From Catajapyx aquilonaris (Eukaryota): a stretch of DNA of 64,000 nt. This document shows, piece after piece, positions 13,891-25,321 of the stretch. Both the position numbers and the translations under genes were made by a program. Under the pieces are notes generated by a model, which searched no databases, had not been told where the DNA came from, and worked only from the letters and a program-made list of their open reading frames with translations. The stretch spans positions 62,001 through 126,000 of the forward strand of contig KZ538868.1 of NCBI GenBank assembly GCA_000934665.2. Reading direction: 5' to 3'. How positions within the stretch are numbered: the stretch's first letter is position 1; each line of letters begins with the position of its first letter.

Positions 13891-15732
13891 CGACTTGTAC
13901 TGTGCATGTCCCCTTCTGTAAGGAGATAAAAAAAGAAGGAAAGTAGTCCGATAGAGAGCGAGGGACGAGGTAAATGAAATGAGAGGAGATCCCCGCTCCA
14001 TTTATCTCCATTTGGGCGTAAAATGGCGGCGATGTCCTGGGAGCTGACGAGCATGAAACTTGGCCTGAATGGAGGCGCGCAGCATCTTCATAGGGAAACA
14101 ATTTGTCTCCCAAAAGTCCCTTCGACAGCATCCCCTCCCATCCCTGTCTAATAAGGAACCCATCTTCGTGCTACCCTAAAGGACTCCAGAGTATCCATCA
14201 CCCATCCCTTGACACAAGGGTCTAAAACCCTCAGCTTTTTATCAGGGGTTGTTGATAAAAAGCCTTTTTTTTCAACCCTAATTTTGCAAGTACCTCAATT
14301 ATTGCGTGGTTAACTTTCGTGGTCAGTGCAGCAGACTTCCTCTGCAAACATGCAGGCCATTTGTTGCATGTTAGTGCGATTGTATTATTTAATCCGGAAT
14401 AGAGTTACGCAACTGAAAAGCCTCGTTCTCCTTGCAAGGCAGTCCGAATAATAGGGGCAGAGCAAGGTGTTTTTTCCTCGTTAGGTGCGTGATGATTGCG
14501 TGAAGAGGGAACGATACTTGGTGAAAAGGAAGGAACGGAGGAAGGAAGGAAGCATAAAATGTGGTCTTTCGTGCCGGGAAAGAAGGCAAGGGTTAAATGT
14601 CCACAAAAGAGGCGGTATAAAAACGAAGCCCTTATTTGTAGAGGGACTCATGCTTCAATGTGCTGTACTCCATCGTAGTTATATGCTCTAGTTGCATGCG
14701 TCTCATGTTCATCTAATTCGGAAGCCGTGATTTGTACTTTCCTCTTACATTTTGCCTTAACGACATTTCTCTCCCAGTAGATTACACTCTTATCTGCCAT
14801 ATATTCTATAACCACGCCCATCTCCACCTTCAACTCCACTGAAGGGCTCCTAGTTACATCTGCATTATTTCGCATGCACCTGCCCTGGGTTAATCAATGA
14901 ACGGTCATGCACTTGTTCGTTTTATTCACTGCAATTCAAATAGTTATCACACATACAAAATGTGATAACAGTCTCAGTTATTGCTGCACGGGCTGTTCAG
15001 TGCCACTCAGGGGAAAGTGATGTTACATAAGCGTATTATTTGTATTATTATTGGCATTTATTATTATTACGTATTATTAAGCATTTTTCCAGATCGACTC
15101 ACTTTATACCTGATGAATGTTTGTGCTGAGAAAGTATAGACTACTTGTGCTGTCATCGTATGGTATTAATAATGCAGCTGGCTACAATAAGGCTCACCCG
15201 TTTCTGTTAGAACATTTTTGCCGTATTAATCAGACACTTTGGAACAGTTGCTTGTAGCAATTACAAAAATTAACTCCTAATATTATACATGTGGAACAAA
15301 CGGTTTAGCCTTCAAGGGGGGTTCAAACAATGGCCTCAGGTGACGTGGGTCAGAATGGATAATTTGCAATGACTGCCGATGCTCGAAAGTTCAGTGAAAT
15401 TCGTGGCCTGCGTGATTGATTATCTCCAATATGAAATTAGAAAGTAATGGATTGACTACCCATAAAGTCACTGGAAACTATAGCGGCTCTCTTCAGCAGA
15501 AGAGTACCGATATATTGCCATTTATCGCTTGTACAGTACCTATTTAAAACTTATGCAGTTGAAAATATTATCTCCAGAATTCAGCAATATGGTGACTTAA
15601 ATAGGCTATGTGTTGTAAATCACTAGGCATATTCGAAAATGCCTCATCATTTGTTAGAATCTTATACAATAAAAGCTATGTTGACTGAAATAGTCATTTG
15701 AGCACATAACACCAGACGTTGAGGTGAAATCC

Positions 15733-15853
15733 GGCAACTGCCAGCGACATTTTCCGAAGCGGCAGAAGAAGGAATCGGAGATAAGCATACTTCAAGCATG
15801 GGCGAGCAAGATTCCTTCTTCTTGCGCTTCGGAAAATGTCGCTGGCAGTTGCC
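15733..15853. mobile_element. Palindromic MITE core, same family as 60056-60221
   Basis: Arms GGCAACTGCCAGCGACATTTTCCGAAGCG... and ...CGCTTCGGAAAATGTCGCTGGCAGTTGCC form an inverted repeat. Both arm and spacer sequence are shared with the 60056-60221 element. Confidence 0.75.
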
Positions 15854-17784
15854 TCGATATATGACCAGAACTGTACCTGTTGTAGCCGTTTCATTGGTGG
15901 GGCTAATGAAGAGTCGGATTGAATGAGGCGTAAAAATGAATGATGAATGATAATAACCACTGAGTGTGAAATGATTTGCTGTTCCACATGTGCCTTGGAG
16001 AGCAATTTATGTGCATGTCAGTACACCGCAGTAACCTTTCAACTTTCCTGACGAGGTCGACGGGAAGGAGGCGGTAATTGACAATGACTTATGATGACTG
16101 GGAGGAGCCACTTGTCATGACGTACAAGAGTGGTGGCCCCTGCGTGGCCTCAGAAAGAGCCTTAGAGTGTGGGTGTGTGTGTGTGCTCCTCATGTGGTGT
16201 GTCGGTGTGTAAGTATACTGAGGGGTGGGGGGTTGAATGAGGGATGGAGGCCTTGGGCAAGCGACGCAGGCACTTTGACCTGCCTCCTCCGTGCAATCTG
16301 GCTTGTCCGTGCTGCCTGATTAATTGCTACTTGCACGCATTTCAAACTCCACATTTCGGTCTTTGTGGCCCCCTCGCGTGACCCTTGACCACAACCCACC
16401 CCTCTGCTACAAATCGCGCCCTCTCATGTCACCCCCCACTTCACCGGAATGACACCCAGCCCAGAAAACTCTTCGAAAACACTGAAATGGCGGATAGTTG
16501 ATTCACCTTTTTTTTACATGGTGGACCGGACCATTAACTACAGATTCCCCTCCGATTGTCAATTAGCATCTTTCCCCTCCCTCAGATTATGCATGCAGAA
16601 TCATGTCAGTTCCCAACCATCATTATTCAACCCCTACTCTCCTACCCTATCCCAGCTGCATAAACTTGGTCTCATTGATTAGCGCCACGTGGGAGCAGCT
16701 TGTAATAAGCCAGATTCAATTTGAGTTGACCTCTTGGAGATGCAAGGTGCAAAGAGTGTGAGGGGGGGGGTACCCCATTGGCCGTACCGGAAATTCACGT
16801 CTGGTTCGCTTTGGAGATAGATTATTATTCGCGCAGTGATGTTGGGCAGAATGGTGTGCGCCAACTCCTCCTCCTGACGCTGCGTGGTCTGCGCCTGCCT
16901 GGATGACTCATGATGCCAGGTATATTTCAGGACAATCGGATGTGTCCCGTGGTAATGATATCAACCAGAGAATAATGACCTGCACCATGCGGCGCAGTTT
17001 TCAATGCTCTCTGCCTAGAAGCGATCTAATATTTGTCTTATGTAGAAGCCACCATATGCTACTTGCCTGGAGTTGGATTAAAATACTGTACTTTTTTTTA
17101 AATCGCATATTGACTTGGAAACGTCAGAAATCAGTAGACCTTTACAAAAAGGCAAAACTTACTGTTAATCCAACCTTATCCTCGAGTAATTTCCAGATTA
17201 ATTTGCTGATTCTTTTTGTCTATAGGAAAGTATATTGCGCCGTTTCAAATATTTGTTTACGCCGTTTACGTCGTTCTAGGAAAATTGAATGGTGTTGCAT
17301 GCAAATCTGTCATTTGTTTTCCTGGACTTTTAATATTGCAGAGCGTATCACGCAGGCTGCCTTCTCTCACAAGTCAGATCTTTACCGCCTATTAAGTGGT
17401 CACTTTAGTCGGAACCAAGTGTCGCTCTTTGCTCTGTAGTTTCCACTTTAAACGAGAAGTTTTTCCTTAATAATGAGTGAAAAATGAGTTTTTACCACTG
17501 TAAACCTAAAATAAGTATAAATCGGATTTTTCACTTTTCACGTGAAAGTTAATGGTAGTTTTAGTGGGGAAAGCTTAATATATGAGGAAACCTAACGAGA
17601 GTGTCCAGTAAAGGAATAGTTTTTATTGCACAGTACGCCAGTAATGTTCAACTGAGACTTTCAGAAACCCTGCGGATGACCTGAAATCCATTGACAGATT
17701 CATAATAATCAGTTCATCGAAGATATGTGAGAAAAATCTATAGGGTAATTCAACTAAAGCCAAAATCAAGTGGATATTGTAGTT

Positions 17785-18987
17785 CAGTGCTTTTCCTAAA
17801 CTTTTTTTGTTGCGTACCCCTTTTCGAATATGTTAAGACAGTTTGCACCCGGGCACTAACCGTGTGATTGGCAAGTTTTCTTTCTTTCACACAATATTTG
17901 GGACAGGTGGCGTCAATTTAAGCCTGAGATCTTTATCAAGACCTAGTCGATGATCTAATTTTGTTTTCATGGACGTTAATGCCGAAAAACGTGCTTCACA
18001 TAAATAGATGACAATACACATGGTATTAATAATACTTCAGAGCACAGGTTGCTAGGCTGGTTAGTTTTCAATTTTTCCTGTCCAAAAAATCACAAGTGTT
18101 TTTGGCACAAATTCAGACAAACTTCCATTCGTGGAAATTTCGATGATCATTTCCGATCCTGCACTGACATGACTGTGCAAAAGTGGTAAATAAATCTCAA
18201 ATGGATTTCTGATCCAATTGACTGACGTGTCCAATTGTCCATCTCGGGAAAATTATACCTAAACTGTTGCGCCAATTTATTCGTGTGCTCCAATACCAGT
18301 ATGCTGACATTGAACACTGCGGTTCTCCACTGGCCCATCTGCAGTTGCTTCGAAAGTTGAAATTTTTGAGTTAACACTGTCATGTTCAGTGCTTCTCGAG
18401 TTTCAACGCGCTGAATGAAAACAGCATCAGTCAAATTACTCTGCTGCGTATGATAAATCTTCATTAATATAATAATAGGAAAAAAGAATGGGACTAAGTA
18501 GGGCAATTATTTGTGTTTTTTCTCAGAAATGGGTCGAAATTGGTTCATAGCACTTACAAGTAGGCCCTTTTCGTAACAACCGATTCAATTATTTTCCTAG
18601 CAGCCACATAGCCCATGAATCCAGAAACATGCACCACTGCAGCTACTGCGAACAACATTCAGGCCACAACTGAGCAAGGTTCCATATATTGATGACTGAT
18701 ACGCAAGAATGGGAATATGTTCTGCACCTGCTGGGAGACGTATCTACTTTGAATTTCCCTTGTGCTGGATATTGACCCTATATGGAGCTCTAGAAGTAAT
18801 TTCTTGCTTTCTAGTCAGACTTCCGATATTTTCACTTGAGTATGTGCCATTAAACCTTATCGTCCTGGTCCCAGATATTCTATCGCAAATCCGGATATTC
18901 TCACAAAATATATAGAGAGCGGACGCCATTGCCCAAGATCTTTCGCGTACCCCCAGGGGTACGCGCACCCCAGTTTGAAAACCACTC
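17785..18987 (-). mobile_element. Degenerate, internally deleted hAT (Charlie/Buster-type) DNA transposon
   Basis: Termini CAGTGCTTTTCCTAAAC and GTTTGAAAACCACTC, with subterminal GCGTACCCC at both ends. The 8-bp TSD is TTGTAGTT (17777-17784) / TTGTAGTG (18988-18995). The minus strand near 17860-18010 encodes hAT dimerisation-domain remnants YLCEARFSALTSMKTK and RLGLDKDLRLKL. Confidence 0.85.
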
Positions 18988-19871
18988 TTGTAGTGCATCT
19001 TCATTATGAAAAGAGTAACACGCTCTATATTAATATATGCAAATATATACAATTTCATTCCTTCATTAATAGTTCCAAATGATCAAAAAAGAAGGCGTTT
19101 GGTAAACCAACTGGGAAATTGCCACCACCCGAGGGCACATGTTATAATGAGGCCTTCTGGGAGAAAAATAGCAATCATCAGTTAGCGATGAAAAAGAAGG
19201 AAGTGAAGAATTCATATACAGTAGTGTACGTACCTCTTGGAAAATATGCGCATTTGTTCTTTCCAGAGTGTGAAATGTCTTTTAGGAGCAATATTTGGAA
19301 ATGCCCAAATCATTACAGGAAACGCAATATCCTCACTCGACCCCGTTATATTTTGCTTTGTAAGCCTACGTGAGAATGGAAATTCACTTTTCTATAGTAT
19401 ACCGTTAGTCACAACCTTAATTATAGCTTTTTTAACCACAATGCAGGCGGCTGTTAAATTGTTGCGACACGTGATATTACATTTGAAATATTCTAAGAAA
19501 ATCTGTGTGCGTGATACACTTAAATTTTAACAGCACTGGGCATCGATCAGGGTTATATCATTTTATTATTATTTGTAAAAATCTGTACTGACTACAGTGG
19601 TTTGTATGTTTTCATCTTGCGTTTGTTGTGAGACAGCCCCCTGTATGGGTTACTGGCCTTAGAAGCAAACTAACATTTACGTCATTTCCTTATAAAAAAG
19701 GGATGTTGTCAGTGCTGGAGGAGAGCCAAGTCGAATAATAAAAATAGGTTGAAAGCATATCACACATTCGTTGAAAAAATTAAATGCGATAAAAATACGA
19801 CAGTATACACTTACACGCGTTTTTTTGTAAGCGGGTGATGAGGAAGAGTGAGTATAGGAGAAAGAACTGAC

Positions 19872-21664
19872 CATTAGCAGAGGTGTGTCTCTTGTCGTTG
19901 GACGATGAGTTGGGAGATGCAGAGGAGTTGTTGTTGTTGGTGTTGCTGGTGTTGCTTCCGCTGGTGTTGTTGTTGTTGGCGTTGTTGGAGGCGTGGTGGT
20001 CGTCGTGTGTGGCGGGGGGCGCCGGGGAGGGCCGAAGGGGGAAGCCGTTGAGCGCGGTGGGGGTTGCGAAGGAAGAGGCGGCCGATGCGGAGGAGGAAGA
20101 GGCCGAAGAGGAGAGGGCCAGCTTGGCCTTCTCCACGCTCTGCTTGAGTTGCTCGAAGGTGGAGACCCCGCAGGAGACGGGGGCCAGGCCGGAGAAGCGG
20201 TAGGCGCACCCGGCCCAGTCCCCCGGGGTCGACCCGGGGCCTCCCGCGCCCCCTCCTCCAGCCCCGTCGGCCCCAACCATCGCCCCTGGGCCGCCCACCA
20301 TGCCTTCCTCCGTCTTGATGTTGACCCCCATGCAGCCCATCCCCATCCCGACCCCGACTCCCATCCCCATCCTCTTCAGCTCCAGAGCGCTTTGGTACGA
20401 GCAGGACGAGTCGTACCCAAGGGGGCTCTGTGGAGGGGCCTGCCCGGGGCCCGCCCCTGCTTCCATCAGCCCACGGCGCTTTCCTCCCACGCCTCCGCAA
20501 CCCACCTCCTGCAATGGGGGACAAATCAAAACAGAACATTACCAAGTAGGCCTATATACAGGAGCCGAAGAGAGATTGTTATTGACGCAATTGGCCAGAC
20601 CAAGTAAATCCTACTTCTACTTGCCGTATATGACTGGTTTAGGTCAAGTATGTGTATGATTACTATGATAGGAAACTACATCCGAAAATTTGCAATGTTT
20701 CAAATTACAATGGGCTAATGGCATGCCAAACGTGCGTATATGGTCGTTGACAAGTGCGAATTTTGCACATTACATACACACCTGTTCTTCACACTGGAAT
20801 TGATGGTTGTCTTTTCTATTAAACCTGGCATGTAATACAGCTGGTCAGTCAATATCAAGCAACTACATCAAATTCTAAATGATTCATTCAAGTCATTCAT
20901 CAAATCCCGTGCGAATAACCGGTTGAATTCCTGTTAGTAAGATAATATTTGAAAGCTTCAGATCGCAAGCACTGAGTGCGTCCCGTGCGAAAGGGCGTGA
21001 AGATTACCACCTGCACATAATTGAAATGAATGTGACGAGGCGCTTGCTCTCCCATCACACTCATCACCTCCCCTCACGGGGCTTTTGGGCTTTGCTTTCA
21101 CACGCCAAACCAGGAGAAGGGGTGCTGGAAAAGGCAGGTGAGCATCCAGGTGAGAGAGCACACTTATTAAACAAACACGGGGAGCACGTATCCTGCATAT
21201 GCATATTCTGTTTGGCAGCAGCCCAGCCTCAAAATGTCTCTCATTTACTCTAAATTCAATATGCCCCCTCCGATTGTAGTTTGTTAATGGGTTTGATTAG
21301 TTCCTGGCGTGCAGGTCTGTGCGGAAATCCTGTCCAAACTCAGATTTCAATTTTACCGGCACGAATTGTGAGACTGCGGGACATGATGAGATCTGATATA
21401 GTGATAAGGATTTGAATGTTCAGGGTACTAGACTCTGGGAGGGTTACCATGGCAGCTCGGCCACTAGATGTCGCCAATGCTTGATTCGCACTGTCGACAT
21501 CTAAAGACCTGGGAATTGTTGCGATACGCACCATTCCGTCGAGTAGGGCAGCCAGAGCTTCCCTGCGGGCCTGCAGCTGAGAGGCTGCCCGGCCCGCCTC
21601 CAGAGTTGCCCGATCCAGTGCTGACTCCACCTGACCCACCACCCTCAGCCCTTCTTCCCACAAC
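19872..21664 (-). CDS. Ets65A: ETS-family transcription factor (D-ETS-3/Ets65A, ERG/FLI1-like), N-terminal exons only; gene continues beyond the left edge
   Basis: Exons 21664-21532 (LWEEGLRVVGQVESALDRATLEAG...DGM) and 20508-19872 are joined in phase 0 with canonical AG/GT sites. The motif YDSSCSYQSALELKR...IKTEE resembles the recalled Drosophila Ets65A N-terminus (YENSCSYQTALDLKR...VKTEE), and TFEQLKQSVEKAK follows. The exon ends at a phase-1 donor (G|GTCAGT). No PNT or ETS domain exon was seen in 1-19870. Confidence 0.75.
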
Positions 21665-21703
21665 CTGAAACACACAGGGGTCATTTACACACCACCGAAT
21701 TCA

Positions 21704-21817
21704 AACTGGACCAGGTCCAGAACCAGCTATAGCTGTGTAGCCAACCCAGAGAAGCAAACTGACCAACACTCTGGGTGGGCAATACTAAAGGATGGTTCCA
21801 GTAGACCTGGTCCAGTT
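21704..21817. repeat. 14-bp perfect inverted repeat (small MITE-like remnant)
   Basis: AACTGGACCAGGTC at 21704-21717 and GACCTGGTCCAGTT at 21804-21817. Confidence 0.7.
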
Positions 21818-24800
21818 CAGGCTACTTGGTGCTGTCTAAATGCAATGACATACACAACCCAGATGCCTGTCGCGGAAATGAGAGATGGAAATACTGCCTC
21901 CCTGCATGCAGGTGCATGTTCAGTATTGTTGAGAGCGTAATAATTGCCCCCTCGGAACATCACGGAACATGTGTCGACAGGCCATATTTGACATGCATGG
22001 ATTTGACACCCCTCCCTGCTGCGACATATTGGAGATCGTTGCGCACACGTTAAATGGAAACGATCCGTCGCACAAGTCGGTTGGTGGCTTAAGACCTTAT
22101 CGTGTTTGGAGAAGGGCTCAGAAGAGCGAAAAGGAAAAGGGGGGAGAAAAAAAAGTGGCTCAAGGAGATTGGGGGCCCAAGTTGTTTACTTTCTGCGAGT
22201 TCGTGATCTGGGAGAAGCACACGCAGGTGCGCCTTGAGGTAATCGCACACGGAATAGCAACAAATTACTGTCGGAAGTCATGCGAGGCGGACATCCAGAG
22301 AAGTATGTGAAGCATATACGTGGTGCACCGCAGCCTATAGAACGAAGGGAGGACGTTTTCTGGGTGTTTATGGCCAGGTTTAATGCACATCTGTCCATCC
22401 AGGCAGTCCAGTCATCCATCTTGGACTACGCCCCGTCCGCAGGCGAGAAAAAAAGCGCACCTCGCCAGCCAGCGGGCTCTTAAAGCTTAACGACCGCGAT
22501 CTGATACTGGAACAACTTCCGCCGAATTTCTAAACGATCGGCCCCGAGTTACAACCTTTTGGCACGCACTTCTAGTTTATACCACAGCAGCCTTTCATTA
22601 TGTTATCCCCTTTTTTTTCTTAATAAAAAAGGAAGCGGGACAGGACCCCCTAAGAGACATCTGAATGCTGGGGTGCAACAGATGCCTGACATTTTTTTGG
22701 CGGAAAAAGCCCGATTTTGTGGCGCCAAAAAATAGGATAAAAGGTGGCGCATATATCTCGCGTCCATTATCAGTGACGCAAATGAGATGCCACTTCCCTG
22801 TTGGTCTAACAGTCGGTGACAGGCCCAGATAAACACTGCCCTGGGACGATCTTTCTCTTTTTGGGGAGTCCGCCCCTCCAAGCCCTTCTTTACTATCCAA
22901 GTCTTTTCTGGAGCGGGCTTCAGACCAGCAAAACGATGGCGATAAAAGGCGACGGAGGGATTTATTCAAGTCCTTAGCTTCATTCGGCGGCGCCAAATGT
23001 GCGCCCCCTCCGACTCTTTGTAACGGTGAGGAAATTGCGAGCAAGTCCGCCCCACCCACCCACCCTCTTCATCAGAGGTCGCTCCACTTATTCACTCTCT
23101 AAGCAAATCTCTTCCCGACTCATTATCTTCTCGCATGTTAAAAACTGCTGCTTTTCACGGCTAGAATTTACATCGTGAGGTCCTTTTGTGGGGCTATGTA
23201 GACGCGTATCAGCACATCTCTAGTTACGTTTTTTTTTTGAGAGAGAGGGGGGGGGGGGATTGCATTCAAAATACACGGTCTTGACGAATGGTGGGTTTTC
23301 AATGGGTGGGTGAAATTATCAGGATATCCGGATCTTCCTCCGGAACTCGCCGCCTCGAAACCGCCGCCATTTTATCAGAATGGTTTGTTTTGTATTTTCA
23401 GATCAAAATTCGTATAAACACAAGTTTAACGCCTATTGAGCAGATTGAATATTCAGACTGTATATAAAAATATATTGATACAGTAGGAAAATACACACTT
23501 CAATGAACAATGCTCACTATATTTGAAATATTTCGGGTAAATTGCACATTGCTGCCAGTATAACACGTAAGTGGGATGGATGTTCAACAAGTTTGTGCTG
23601 TACACTAAATCGTCACAATTTAACCTCAGCGACACTTCAGTACGTACAATTAAGATTTCGCGAAACACGTTCGGTAGGCACATTTTCATTCGGCTGAACA
23701 ACACGTCAGCTATCGCGACACTGTTTCGACTAGAAACCCAGAAAATATCCAACTGTTAGCACAGGGTGAGGCGGCGGGCGGTGAGTGGGTGATAAGATGC
23801 AATCGTTTAATTGGCCGCGACTTTTTTCAACCCCGAGACCACGTGACGCACTTCTGAGCCAAATATTGCATTTTTTTTTTTCTCTCCATTGCTAACCCCG
23901 ACCCTTGCTGACAATAAACTCATGGAAGTGTGCGTTTCGATAACGCGAGCAAGAAATTGTCCAGATTTGAGGGTAGGTCACGTGGCCATCCTCACGTGAA
24001 GTCAAAAGTGCGTGTCAAACGTGACACACCACCTGACCCCTCCAAACCTATGCACGCATGCACCCAATAAAAAAATATAAACATCCCACACACATGGTTC
24101 GACACTAGAAAAAGATGTATTTTACCTGTGGTTCGGAAACACCTTGAAGAATATGCACCCCCTGTCGGGAGGTGTGGAGGGTGGGTGGGGTGGGTTGGTT
24201 GGGTGCGGGGGCCGCCCCTGTTGCCGGAAAAGGAAGAAGAGGGGCTTTTGCAGAACTCTTCTGGGCGCCGCCTTCCTTCCCAAACTTCCTGTGTTCACAC
24301 AACCCGCTGCCAGACTCACACACAGAAACCCCGGAGGAACGCCCCCTTCCCCCCCTCCCCTCTCCTCCCTTCTCCTCCTCCTCCCACCCCCGCCCCCTGG
24401 TCCCCAACCAGGACCCCTCCCCAGTTTGGCTATACCCCCACTGATTAATTGCACCCCTACCTCTGTCAGCAACACAGTCGGAAGCAACCCTTTTTTTGGG
24501 AACCACCGATGAATTTTTTTCAGGATGTTACCTTTACGTGAATGTGTGGTGCCATATGTGGCGGTAAATAATAAAAAAAAATGAGGGTGGAATTGGGGGA
24601 TTTGGATGGTTGGGGGATGTTGGACCAATAGTGGCCTAATGATGATTTAATTAGATTTAAGTGTGGGGTTGCTGGAGTTGGAGTCCCTGCGCAGGAGGTG
24701 GGGTTATGTGGATGATGGTCCTTCTTTCCCGCCCCAGTCGATACTCGGGGCAGACCCCGGGATTGGCCCGCCCCCTCTTACATTCCCCCTCACCGCCATC

Positions 24801-25236
24801 ACCGACCACCCCTTTTTTGAGTATAACAGCACCTGCGCACGACACACCATCATTTCCCCCCCAACTCGACCCATCCAACCCACCCCCAGAGCCAACCAGC
24901 CATCACCATCTCTCTGCTTCTACCATGCACCTATACACTTGCTGTGCAGTATCGATCCGGGTTCGCTCGCCCATTACATGTCAACCCGAGCCAATCCGGA
25001 AGACTGTCACCTGGAGCATCTGACCCAACTTATAGGCGACCAGTGCAAACTTTTACTGGAGCCATGGGCGAGCATGAAAAAATTCCAACCATAGTTTGCC
25101 CCTGAGAATGCCCCTGAGAATGCGGGAACCGGTGAGCCAAGAGAGGCGCAATGGTTAGCGGACTTCCAGGAGCAAACTCCCAGATCCCAAAAGTGGTCAG
25201 AAAAATATTATGGAAAAATATACTCAGATGATAACC

Positions 25237-25321
25237 GGTGGAATTTTCATCCCACTGCTAACTTAGCAGTACCAATGTTCGAAATTGTACTGCTAACTAG
25301 CAGTGGGATGAAAATTTCACC
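25237..25321. repeat. 85-bp near-perfect palindrome (hairpin)
   Basis: GGTGGAATTTTCATCCCACTGCTA...TAGCAGTGGGATGAAAATTTCACC. Each arm also contains the internal palindrome ACTGCTAAC(T)TAGCAGT. Confidence 0.85.

Noticed and set aside
13758..14131. ORFs with poly-Tyr/Ile/Leu/His tracts
   Set aside because: Artefacts of the (ATA)n(GGT)n microsatellite.
16903..17439. 178-aa ORF
   Set aside because: No recognisable motif and a non-coding-like composition.
19677..20659. Several long overlapping ORFs on both strands
   Set aside because: Shadow frames of the GC-rich, low-complexity Ets65A exon.
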